This document shows, piece by piece, positions 22,419 through 33,210 of a DNA stretch of 64,000 bases (position 1 is its first letter; every line of letters starts with the position of its first letter). The position numbers and the translations under genes are program-made. A model generated the notes under the pieces. The model was not told the origin of the DNA. It saw only the letters and a program-made list of their open reading frames with translations, and did no database searches. Source of the DNA: Lingula anatina. Taxonomy: Eukaryota > Animalia > Brachiopoda. The stretch lies in assembly GCA_051362555.1 (NCBI GenBank), contig CM120640.1, forward strand, positions 34,863,967 to 34,927,966, given 5' to 3'.

Positions 22419-24349
22419 TAGGGTTTCCCCTGACACAGAAAACCCGCGTATATGATGCATGCTAGAGATCAAAAGACGCAATAAATATCATTGCTGCGTT
22501 AATGTTGACGCAACTTGATTTTTATAACTTTGCAGAAAATATGAAAGAGTCAGATAGAAGATGGAGCCGAAAAACAGACGGACACGTGAAACATCTTAGA
22601 ACAGTGTATGTCATGGCAAAACGAAACTGTCCATCTGACATATTTAATGATTTATTGGAACTTCAAGTTCTTAACAGTGTTGAAAACTATAGTGATCATT
22701 ATCGAAAACAAAGCATTGTCGATGAGATGGAAGAGTGCATTTTTTAAGTTCTGGAAAACAACCAGATAAATGCAATCAAGCAGAGTCCTTATATCAGCAT
22801 TATGTTGGATGAAACCTTTGATGTTAATATTGAGAAAAAACTAACCATATATATCAAGTATGTTAACATGAACACAGGTGAAACGTTTGTTTTGCAGGCA
22901 ATGAACATGTCACAGACTGTACTGCCATTGCTTTGTTTTCTAAAATCGAAGTCGATCATTGATGAGGAAAGTGACATTTCTAAAATCATGGGGCTGCATG
23001 GGCACTGATGGTGCATCTGTTATGACCAGGCGTTGGAATGGACTTGGTGCAAAAATGAAAAAAAGAAATCCACATTTAACTCAAGTACACTGTGTACCAC
23101 ACAGGCTTAACTTGGCTGCTTCTCAGGCGGCAAAAGATAATGACTATTTGAGGGATTTTCATAGAAACAAACATATATTCGTTGTATAGATATTACAAGG
23201 ACTCATCTGTTAAATATGACAAATTATGTGAACTGCAAGACCTTCTTCATGGTCAGCGAAGGCAAGTGCATGAGGTGGCTATCAATTGAAGCTGCAGTCA
23301 AAATGATCTTCCAATCTTATGATGCAATTATCATGTCACTAGAAAATGCAGATGCTAAAACTGACCCAAAAGCTCTAGGTTTGCATAAATTCATGGGAAC
23401 AAGCTTGTTTTTATTGGTAACAGCTTTGCTTGTTGACATTTTGAGTGTAGTCTCATGTACTTTTCAGAAAACCTCATTTTGTCAAATATCCATAATTCAG
23501 TTGACTCAACTTTGGCTATACTTAATTTGGCTATACTTTGGAAAGTTTCAGACAAGGATCTCACAAAGTTAACACTATCCTACAAACTCTTGGTGACCCT
23601 CCACCTGGAGAAAAAGCAATGTATACTGGAGTTGAATTGACTGACAATCAATCTGTACGGCAAAGGTTTGTGGCAGTAAGAAATAATTATTTAGACTCTT
23701 TGAAAAATAATATCACAAAGGTTTCCTGAAAATGATCTAAATATACTAGAGTGCTTTGACATTGTGCTAAACCCAAACAAATACCTTGATGTTGTCAATA
23801 TTGCAGAATATGGAAATAAGCAACTTGAGAAGCTTATAGAATTCTATAGTAACATTGTTGATGCAGAAAATCTCAGAAGTCAATTTCTTGTGTTCAAACA
23901 TTATGCGAAATCATTTAAAAAGGCCTTAAAATTTGAGAACTTTTGTAAGAATCTGATTAGAGAGAACAAGGACAAATCCTGACTTTGTCAAGTTAGCTTT
24001 GATTGCAAGTGTTATTCCAGTCTCCTCTGATCGAGGCTTCAGCATTCAAAATACTATAAAAAATCCTGTTAGAAACTTTGTCAAATGAGAAATTAAACAG
24101 ACCGTCTTTCATAAGACTTCAGGGTCCTCCTGTAGCAGACTTCAATTTTGGAAAAGCAGTGTTACTATTTCAGGAAAAGGGAAGAATAAATAAGCACCTT
24201 AAATTGTACAAGCTGTGTAGTGATCTAGCATATAAATGAATAAAAATCTGTTTACTGACTTGACTCTTTTTTTTTTTTCATTTGATTCCCATTAAAAAGC
24301 TTTGGGAGTCATCATGACTCTCAAAATAAAAAGCCTAGGGGAAACCCCG
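22419..24349 (+). mobile_element. hAT transposon (ZNF862-like transposase pseudogene) with both TIRs
   Basis: TIRs TAGGGTTTCCCCT / AGGGGAAACCCCG with AGTATA on both flanks; motifs LDETFDV, GTDGASVM, VHCVPHRLNLA and RWLS. Confidence 0.88.
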
Positions 24350-25269
24350 AGTATATTGTGTACTTAATGTTATTAGTATTAAATAGCTAGGTTACATTAA
24401 AGATAAAACTGAATATTGGTAGAGTACGTACTCCTATACTGTGAAGAAGATAATGTTTACTGGCAATGAGTCTGCACTTGAGATAATCACTTTATGTTTT
24501 AAAAAACAATTATGGTGTGACTTTGCATTTATAAATTAGCACTTAATTCCTGCCCTGTCTATCTCAATCTGACAGTCAACTTCTGACCCAGATGCATCAG
24601 CATTATTTGTGATGACTCTCATAATATCAAGACTGATTTACTTAATTATAATTTCACAGGGCAGCTAAGTATTCATAACGCAGTTTAGTTGGAAATGTTC
24701 ATGCAGGTACCTACATCAAGCTAATCTATGTGTCTAACTTAACAAAATATAAGGTACACTAATGATCAGATTGCCAGTTCATAACCATACATATATAAAC
24801 GTATATGTGGGTTAAGTACTTTGCTGCCAGTTATCAAATGTGACAATGTTATTTTCAACTATACCCTTTGTATATAATGATCAAAAATAAAAGAAAAGGT
24901 GCCATATTATTCACCATACTTGTTATCGGTATTTGATGAGAGCTATCAAAATTAACGTACTACATGCAGTACACTACATAATGTGAAGTAGACATATGTA
25001 ATTGTGGACACCCAATTATTGTCAACATTTAACTAAAATTTTTAAATTTTTTCTGAGTTCTAAGTTTATATTTTTGATTCTCTCTTGTAATGATGTAACT
25101 GATGTTTTTATTACCTAATTTTTAGCTGTTGTACTAGCTATGCGTACATCGGCATAAAATATGATGATACTGTTTGTATGTAAAATATTATAATATTTCA
25201 TATTATATTATATGTACATCATCAGCAGTTTAAATTGGTATCTTACAATGTATAAAACTACCTCCTTAC

Positions 25270-25941
25270 ACTGAATTCTGGGGGTTGAAATTCATAAACT
25301 GCAAATGTTCAGGATGCTGCACCCGTCCTATTGTCACACTGACCTGTCCATTAAAGACACACTTGGTATCAACAACTGCACTCTTCAAAGTCATCCGTTG
25401 ACTTTTATGAATTGAAACAGCAAAGGGAAGACACAGAGGTATCTGGCATCTTGTAGCAGTGTTTTTCTTCATCTGCTTACTGTGTCTTTATATAGAATAA
25501 ATAAAAATTATCCCAGATGTCAGCAGCATACTTAAATCAAAATGACTGGAAATGTAGCAATACTTTTATCTGAGCTGAACACATGATACATGTAATACAT
25601 GCATTTTCATGAAAATGTTAACCACTTCACACAGAAGTCAAGCTGGAGTTACATTTGATGACTGATAATATTTCAGCAATTTAAATATGTAAACAGAAAA
25701 TTGCAATAATGAAATTAAACATTCTTATGGGTAAATACCATATGTGATTTAACAATATGCTTGTATACCTTGTGAATGTGTATGGAGACACTGTGATGGT
25801 CTTGGCTATATCAGGAAAATCTGCATTTACTTCTGGTTTCTTTTCATCTATTTCCACAACCTGTCCCTTCATTCCATTCACCAGTACCCTTGAGAGGCTT
25901 TGCACCAGCATAACTGGAATTCCTGGTTTTAGCCTCAAAAG
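25270..25941 (-). pseudogene. Pif1-like helicase remnant, two spliced exons (25941-25769 and ~25485-25270)
   Basis: LRLKPGIPVMLVQSLSRVLVNGMKGQV (2B region) and RCQIPLCLPFAVSIHKSQRMTL..VFNGQVSVTIGRV..LQFMNF (motifs V/VI); GT-AG boundaries on the minus strand. Confidence 0.75.
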
Positions 25942-26278
25942 CTGAAAGAGAATGCTGTATGAAATTAAAAGCAAGGTAAATTCAACACTGACTTTTTTCT
26001 ACTGTTTAATGCTACAGTACTTTTTTATATATTGGAAGATACCAATTTCCTACAATAAATGCACCAGGGGTATATGCACTAAAATGGAAATAAATGCTAG
26101 CCCCAAAATCAAAACAAACATAGCAGGGTGAATTATAAGGGGTGCAGAAGCTGTACTACTTTGGCGTCTGCGAATACTGCTGTCAACTTTCGAACAGAAA
26201 ACTAAGATGGAGCCAGGGACTACTCTGGGCAATAATAAATTATAATGAACTAATATTTCTCTGTCACACGAGTCAATC

Positions 26279-26338
26279 ATATTATATTATATTATATTAT
26301 ATTATATTATATTATATTATATTATATTATATTATATT
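26279..26338. repeat. (ATATT)n pentanucleotide microsatellite
   Basis: Direct reading. Confidence 0.95.
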
Positions 26339-26559
26339 CAAAGAGCTGTGGAGTTTCTTCCAAATGATAAAAAATAGATAAAAAAATATGATAATATTTT
26401 ATTGGTGTGTTGATTCAGGAGAAATTTTCATTTCATTTTTATGTATTATTTCTTTTTTTTTTATAGGTGCATGTTGGGAAGGGGTACGTACTCTTACATT
26501 TTGAATATTGATATCTACATTCTAGACAACTTAAGAAAAAAAAACTACCTTTTAATTCA

Positions 26560-26860
26560 TTCCCCAAAGGAATTCAGTGCTGGTTGTCCTTGGGAGTTGC
26601 TGTATGCCAAAGACATGGTAATCCTTGCAAACTTTGTTGAAAAACTGTTGGAGAAGGTCAACAAAGACGGATGGAGAAGTTGTGGCTGTGAGTCAACAGG
26701 TACAAGACTAAAGTACTGGTGTCAGCACACAACTTGGATACACTCAAGACAATTGGCAAGTACCCATGCACAGTTTGTTTTGGTGGTCCTGGAAGCAATG
26801 CCATTTTCTGTGCTTTCTGCTCCCTCTGGGTACATAATACATAAATTATGTGGTGTAGAT
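26560..26860 (+). mobile_element. RTE-clade LINE reverse transcriptase remnant
   Basis: GCPWELLYAKDMVILA (a degenerate YADD motif), then KDGME..VN..KTKVLV..GKYPCTVC..GSNAIFCAFCSLWVH. Confidence 0.75.
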
Positions 26861-27429
26861 GGGGTCAGTAACTTTTTCCTTTTCAAGCTGACACAGGGGA
26901 TTTCTTCTGCTGCTTTTTCACCAGGTATCATATTAGTATTTTCAACCATTCTGGTTTCTTTTGAGACCATGATTTTATTTAAATTTTTTCTGTATTGTAT
27001 TGCTGAAAAAAATATGAAACTTTACAAAAGATTGCATAAGTGATGTACTAGTAGTGCTATATGTACATTTCATCAGTAATGAATTGCTGAAAAAAGTATG
27101 AAACTATATAAAGGTTTGCATGAGTGATGCACTGAAATAGTTTAGATTCCTCTTGTGAAACAGAAGTACATTACTTTTTTATTGCAAATTTTCAGAGTAG
27201 CCAGTTAAAGATGAAGCAAGTAGCTTGCATTTACTAGTACCTGTTGGGTTCCTGTTGTCACTGCAACTAGCCCTCTGCAAGGAAAACCAACCTTCCTAAG
27301 ACATTCAGAAAGCCTGAAATTTAAGCCAAACGATCAATAAGTGACTTTTTAACCTGTGCAACAAAGAAGTTCCAAAAATGACTGATAGACTTATTTTATT
27401 TTAGACCTTGAATTTTAGTTATTTTAAAT

Positions 27430-28030
27430 TTGTTAACAAACATCTTTGAACATTAGAAAAGATACAACATCAGCACAGCCATAAAACCACACCAGACACT
27501 TAAAAACATCCTAATACATCCGAAGGATAAAAGAGAAAAAGAAGAGTACAGTGGTGTTGTGTGTCAAATCCCTTGTGATTCTTACTCCAGCCCACCACAT
27601 ACCCAGTACATGGGAAAAACATCTAGAAACTTAGGCTACTGTCTAAAGGAACATAGGAAAGATAGGGAGACTGTAACATCAAAAAGAACAGCTAGGAGAC
27701 AGGTTTCAATATCAGAATGAAATAAATTAGCCATAATTAATGGACCATGCGTCTCAATCACAATAATCATAAATTGGAAGGTGGCGAAGATTGTGTGCAG
27801 TGAAAATGACAATCTTAATTAAACGCAGAATTTTGGAATCCAACTGTACCAGGAAATCTACAATGACAATGAACTGTTATTGGGGGGGGGGGGGGGGGGG
27901 GGGGGAGCACAGACTTAATTACTAGTCTAGTCTATAACATGATTCTGACCACAACTCCACTTAGTGGTCAAACAATAGCACTGAGGAAGACTGCAGCAAA
28001 GAGCAGTTGAAAATTGCTGCACATACAGGT
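27430..28030 (+). mobile_element. Penelope-like element 3' remnant (Poseidon-type GIY-YIG + 3' hammerhead-like motif)
   Basis: KPHQTLKNILIHPKDKREKEEYSGVVCQIPC..YMGKTSRNL..LKEHRKD; CTGAGGA-stem-GAAA at 27981-28012. Confidence 0.75.
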
Positions 28031-28439
28031 AATTTAACATCTTTTGCCTCGTTCTCTTTTGGATGAAAAGAATGAATCTTTAAGACTACATTTTTAAACA
28101 TTCTTATTTGTATTCATTAGTAATTTTATTAAACTAATATTTACTACACCATATTGATGATGAGGAAGAATAAGACTGATTTTGTGAGGCACTACGTAGC
28201 TATATTTAAGAATAGAAATGCAACTGATGGATCATTAATTTTTTTTTTGTTAATTTGGTAACTTGATGAAATAATATTATACTAAGATAATTGCCGAGTG
28301 TATATTTAGTGTCTCGTGTGAATAAAAGAATAAATTTGTTATAAATAAAATGTGATCAGATGTTAAATTATTTTTATGTCTGTATGCAAGTCCAGTGAGG
28401 TTTGGCAACAAGTTGTCTTTGTACTAGAAAAAATAAGTT

Positions 28440-30140
28440 ACAATGAATTTTGCAGAATATGCCAGGTGTGGCTTTTACACCAGACGAGTGGATAGTTGTT
28501 ATACCATTTCTGGAGTTAAATTATTCAGTTTCTTTATTTTTTTCTCTCTTTTCTTTATCAGGTACATAAAGAATCTTTGGCATCCACCAAGCCAGTTGCT
28601 ACGAGTTCCCCAAGAAAGAAGAATATGGGAAGATGAGATAATTCAATGTGGCATGGCTGCAACAGTTCAACTGGCTTGCATATTCTCCAAAAGAAGATGG
28701 AGCATAATAGCATTGTTCTCCTTGCATTTTGTTTGGGGCCCAGCTTGAAAAGAACAGCCACAAGCTGGACAGGCTAATGACAAGTGCTCTCACCACATGG
28801 ACTTCTGCACTTAGGAAGTTGAAAGAACATGACACAATATGAGGCTCACAAATCTGCCATGGCAACATGTGGAGTTAAAAAACTCAATGGAAAGTAAGTC
28901 TGTGCCAGTCATCAAGCAACTGGACCATGCATTGGCAAAGAGAGATGCAGAAAACAGGGCAAACCTTGTATCTATTGTTAAGACAGTTTGGCTGTGTGCA
29001 CTGTACGTGGTAGACAGAATTTGGCACTGAGAGGGCATCGAGATGACAGTTCTTTCTTTGATGATAACAGCAACACAGGGAACTTACAAAAGTTGATGGA
29101 GTCTAGAGTGGATGCCGGTAATATTATTCTGGGGGCACATTGCCAGGATGCACTAAAGAATGCTACGTATAGGAGTAAAGCTGTTCAAAACGAATTCATA
29201 GACTGCTGCAGGGAAATTGTCACTGTCAAGATTGCAGATAAAATGAAAAAGGCTGTTTTTTTTTCACCAACGTGACAGATGAAGCAACAGACTGCAGTAA
29301 CAAAGAGCAGTTACCACTTGTCCTGCGGCACTAAGAGGAGTCTACTGTGAAGGTGCGTGAAGACTTCATAGGCTACCAGGAGTATGCAGGGGAGAGAGGA
29401 AGAGGTGCATCAAGCATATGCTAATGCCAAAGTTGTAGGCACTACACTGAAAACACTATGGGAGAATGTGGACAAACTGAGCTCAGAGCTGCAGAGTAAA
29501 CATGGTGCTAGCCAAGCCAAGGGCCAGTGGAATGCAACGACATAGAGAGAATACTCAAGCGACCAAGACAGAGAGGAATACTACATGAGAAACCTTATTA
29601 TTCTATTTCTGGACAATCACATACTTGGTGAACTCATCATCCGCTTTGAAGACAACCAGGTAGCATCTGTGGCAGGCAATTTGTACAGGCAATCCTACCA
29701 GAAGCAATAGGTCAGCCAAGTTGGGAAGCAGACATTCTCAAAACGTTGGAGTGCTACTTCGATGATTTGCCTTACCCTGATTCTCTGGGCCAGCCAAGAT
29801 GAAATTGTGGGGACATACTGGAAGTTGCCCCCTTCTCCTGCACTAGCCAGTATTAGTCAAACCTTTCAGTTGGTGGACTCTGACATATACCCAAATTTCA
29901 CCACTTTGCATAACATTGCAAGTGCTTTACCATCAGTGAGTGTGTGCAATTAGTATCTGTCCTTCAAAGGATCAAGTCATATCTGTGCTCCAGCATGGCC
30001 CAGGATTGACTCAATGGACTGGCCCTACTGCATGTTCACTACACCATGGGATGACATCAATTTCCATACGTACTGACTTGTTTGCAAGAAGACAACCCAG
30101 ATGCATATGAGACTTAATTGTTAATATCTTTCAGGAATGA
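28440..30140 (+). mobile_element. hAT transposase pseudogene (THAP12/P52rIPK-like, DUF4371)
   Basis: FNVAWLQQFNWLAYSPKEDG (TTF-type zinc finger region); GRQNLALRGHRDD..GNLQKL..NATYRSKAVQNEFI..DEATDCSNKEQLPLVLR; C-terminal RIKSYL.SSMAQD.LNGLALLHVH. Confidence 0.85.
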
Positions 30141-30439
30141 CTGTTCTATCTGAATGTTGAGGCTGTAGTTTGTACTTTGTGTTCTGAATTACACAGGGAC
30201 TTTTCATTTGGCTTAACTATGTAGTATGTGATGAAAATTTTGTGTACTGAACCATGAATTACTTTAAAAAACTTACATTTTAACAGCAATACCAGTACAT
30301 AAAGTAAGATGTTGTCGCTGTACTTTTGAAGACACATACTAGCCACGTATGTACACTGAATCATGATGTATATGAGACATATATATGACCTTTGATTTCA
30401 AAGAAGGAAATTTTACTTTCTTTTCAATAAATTTGCATT

Positions 30440-31190
30440 TTAGTAAGTCCACGCATTTCCAGCTACCCGATGTTGACCACTGCCTCCACATTGGCCCTTA
30501 AATACTGGCACAGACTTCAACATAAGAAGTACCATAATACCACCTCCTTTGTAACAAATGCACTTTACAGAAATGAAAAATTAAACAGACTAAACACCCC
30601 AACCTGGTCAACCAGCATCAAAAATACACTGGCCCTTATTGGGCGCCCCCACATCTGGGAGGACCCTCTCAAAATATCTAAGACCTCACTCACTTCCACA
30701 ATAAAACCTCTCATCCAAAGCTCCTATAGCTCAGCCTTTGAAGTCCACTTAGCATCCCTGAACACGGAGGGTAAAAAACTATGCACCTACAGCACCTTCA
30801 GGAAAGATTTTAAAAGAGAAATATGCATACAATTAATCCATAAACCCAAAGCTACATTCCTATACAAATTCAGAATAAGTGCACACAATCTGGCAATAGA
30901 AAAGTGGAGACATATGAACCCTCAAATACCCGTAGATAAAAAGTTATGCACGGTGTGCAACACGTGCTTAGTTGAATTCCATTTTCTGACAATATGCCCC
31001 TTATGCTTCACTGAAAGCCTTATATTTTATCCAGGTCAGAGATATACTGGGCAATGCAGCCCCAGAGTCCATTAGAGAATTATTTCTTACCATTCTGCAA
31101 TGTAATTGTTTTTGATATCACAAAATGCATAGCCGACTTTGTTGATGAATGTTTTAAAGCTGTGGATATGAAAATTGCATCCATATGCTG
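30440..31190 (+). mobile_element. LINE (L2/Crack-like) ORF2 C-terminal remnant
   Basis: LALKYWHRL..KLCTYSTFRKDF..KFRISAHNLAIEKWRH..LCTVCN..EFHFLTICP (C-terminal CCHC-type region). Confidence 0.8.
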
Positions 31191-31429
31191 AATAAAACTT
31201 AGATAAACTGACGATACAGTTCTCATATCCCCCTAAGCAGTAGTAAAACTAAAGGGGGGGGGGGGGTAAACATAGAATTTGGAAAACTGTCAGAAAACAT
31301 CTCTGGATCTTCTCCTAAAGAACAACCATTTAATAAAAAGCTTTAGTATGATCATAAACTGATTTTAGTTCCTGCCACCCTAGAGATTTAACCCTTTCTA
31401 CTTACATGTGGTGCTGGAATCCCAAAATC

Positions 31430-32260
31430 AAATATGAGATCTCCAAACACTCTATCACAGACCACAGTACAAGATACCAGAACTGAAATAATCCACTTAA
31501 TAGAAACCACCCAGCAAAAATACCCAGACAGTCTTCTGTACTTCTCTGGAATAACCAAATGCTATGGAAATGCGGAGTTCAACAAAAAAGCAGAACAGTA
31601 CAATGACAATATGAAAAAAGACTGCACAAAATATGAAAAAGTGCATTTCATCCCTGTAAACAGAGTAATCACCAACCAGCGCTACTACAACATGGATGGC
31701 ATTCATCTGTCACGAGCAGGCATGGGCATGCTAGCCAGATGTCTCAAAGCAGGCTGGAATAATACCCGACTCCCAAATCCTGAAAAAGAAATGAATGGAT
31801 GGCAATACAGGCAACACAACATTACTGAACAATGGCTACAAGGATGCAGCTCCACACCAAGAGAACATTATGGCTAACCCAGATCTTCAGTGACAGCAAC
31901 AGGGCCTAATACCTCAGAGATCCCCCAAAACATAGAGATAATGCATACCAACCCAATTACGGATACCTACAACTACATGTACCTGAAATTAGACAATGTT
32001 GTCATCTCCAGTTCTATAGGGAAAGATCTCCAAGCAGAAAAACTCTTCCCAAAGACAAACAGCCACTGCTATATACTAGATGGAAAGAAAATCTCAGATG
32101 CCAAAAAACTAATGACAGAAAAACATTTTGGACAGCCCAGAACTGTCACAGTCATCACAGGCTCTAATAACATCAGCTCAGGCACGGGCAACGGAACTAA
32201 GAGAACTAGTCAACTACATAAGATAACAATACCCAGAAACAAAAATAGTTGTCAAACTTA
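31430..32260 (+). mobile_element. LINE ORF1-like SGNH esterase remnant (two esterase modules)
   Basis: The first module ends YNMDGIHLSRAGMGMLAR (DGxH block V); a second begins VVISSSIGKDL..GKKISDAK..TVITGSNNI (blocks I-III). Confidence 0.6.
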
Positions 32261-32984
32261 GTAGCAAACAGAAAAGTAGGGTTTTGATTGTAAAGTAACA
32301 GAGGCTAATAAGAAAGGCCAAAGAGAGTTGACGGGGCCGGCGGACAAGACCAGTTGAGACTATAAAACCATGTGCACCGCCAGCGCCACGTTGGTGAAAA
32401 AGTGAAAAAGATACGGAAAGATAAAGGATGAATAATAAGAGAAAAACAACGTAAACCACAAAAAATAAGAGAAACCCCCAAAACCTATTCAAGAACATTC
32501 CAGCCTACCTGAAATAACAAAATATGCCTCAATCCGAACGTCTTCCTGACGGCGTGATACACGAACCTCGTGTACATGCGAAAGAGACTTCGAACGCACC
32601 AAAGACGAACGTGCACGAATGGACACGAACACGAACGCAATCAATAGACCATCACTAAAGCACGTCGCTTGTCACATAGTCTAATGTGAAAATGCCACAT
32701 TAGATTTATTTAGATAAGATGTTCCTAAAAATGACTTGTCTGGCCGTGCCTAAGATTTTGGATAACTGATTTTGGATTGTGTTAGATGAGAATTTGTCCG
32801 TCTGCTATGTATCAGCTCGGGGCAAATTTAATTTACGAAATTTTTTATATAAAGGTTGATTGGAAAGCTTAGAAATGGGATATATATAAATTCTTAAAAA
32901 CCTTTAAATATTATTACTATATAAAAATAATAAAAGCAAGAAATGATAAAAAGAAATATATTTAAATCATTGATTAACGATTTT

Positions 32985-33210
32985 CTGCGGACTTTATATT
33001 TCCCGTCATGCGTTGCGCACATACTTTCTGATAGTTTGCTTCATGAGAAAAATACATTTGTTTATACGAGGGAAAGAAGATAGATCTACCTAAAAGACCT
33101 GCGCTTAAGTTGAATTTATCATTTTTGAATCATGTGAGTATGAGACTGTATATGGGAATGGTATAAGAGTTTGATTGTAGCTGTTAATTCAAGGTTGCTA
33201 ACCAAGCTCA
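32985..33210 (+). promoter_or_regulatory. Candidate IFT74 promoter / first exon with an RFX X-box-like site
   Basis: Local CpG cluster (TTTCCCGTCATGCGTTGCGCAC ~32999-33020), strong donor AT|GTGAGT at 33133/33134, and GTTGCTAACCAAG at 33194-33206 (reverse strand TAGCAAC, an RFX half-site). Confidence 0.45.

Noticed and set aside
26441-27043. 200-aa ORF as a host gene
   Set aside because: It is a chimera of AT-rich sequence and a frameshifted RTE RT fragment
27882-27905. 24-nt poly-G run as a functional G-quadruplex
   Set aside because: It sits in a decayed PLE at a normally G-rich coding position; homopolymer expansion or a sequencing artefact is more likely
32280-32680. CpG-rich segment as a tRNA/SINE or protein-coding exon
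   Set aside because: No cloverleaf, A/B boxes or convincing ORF; it may be a TE 5' end or a promoter and is left unassigned
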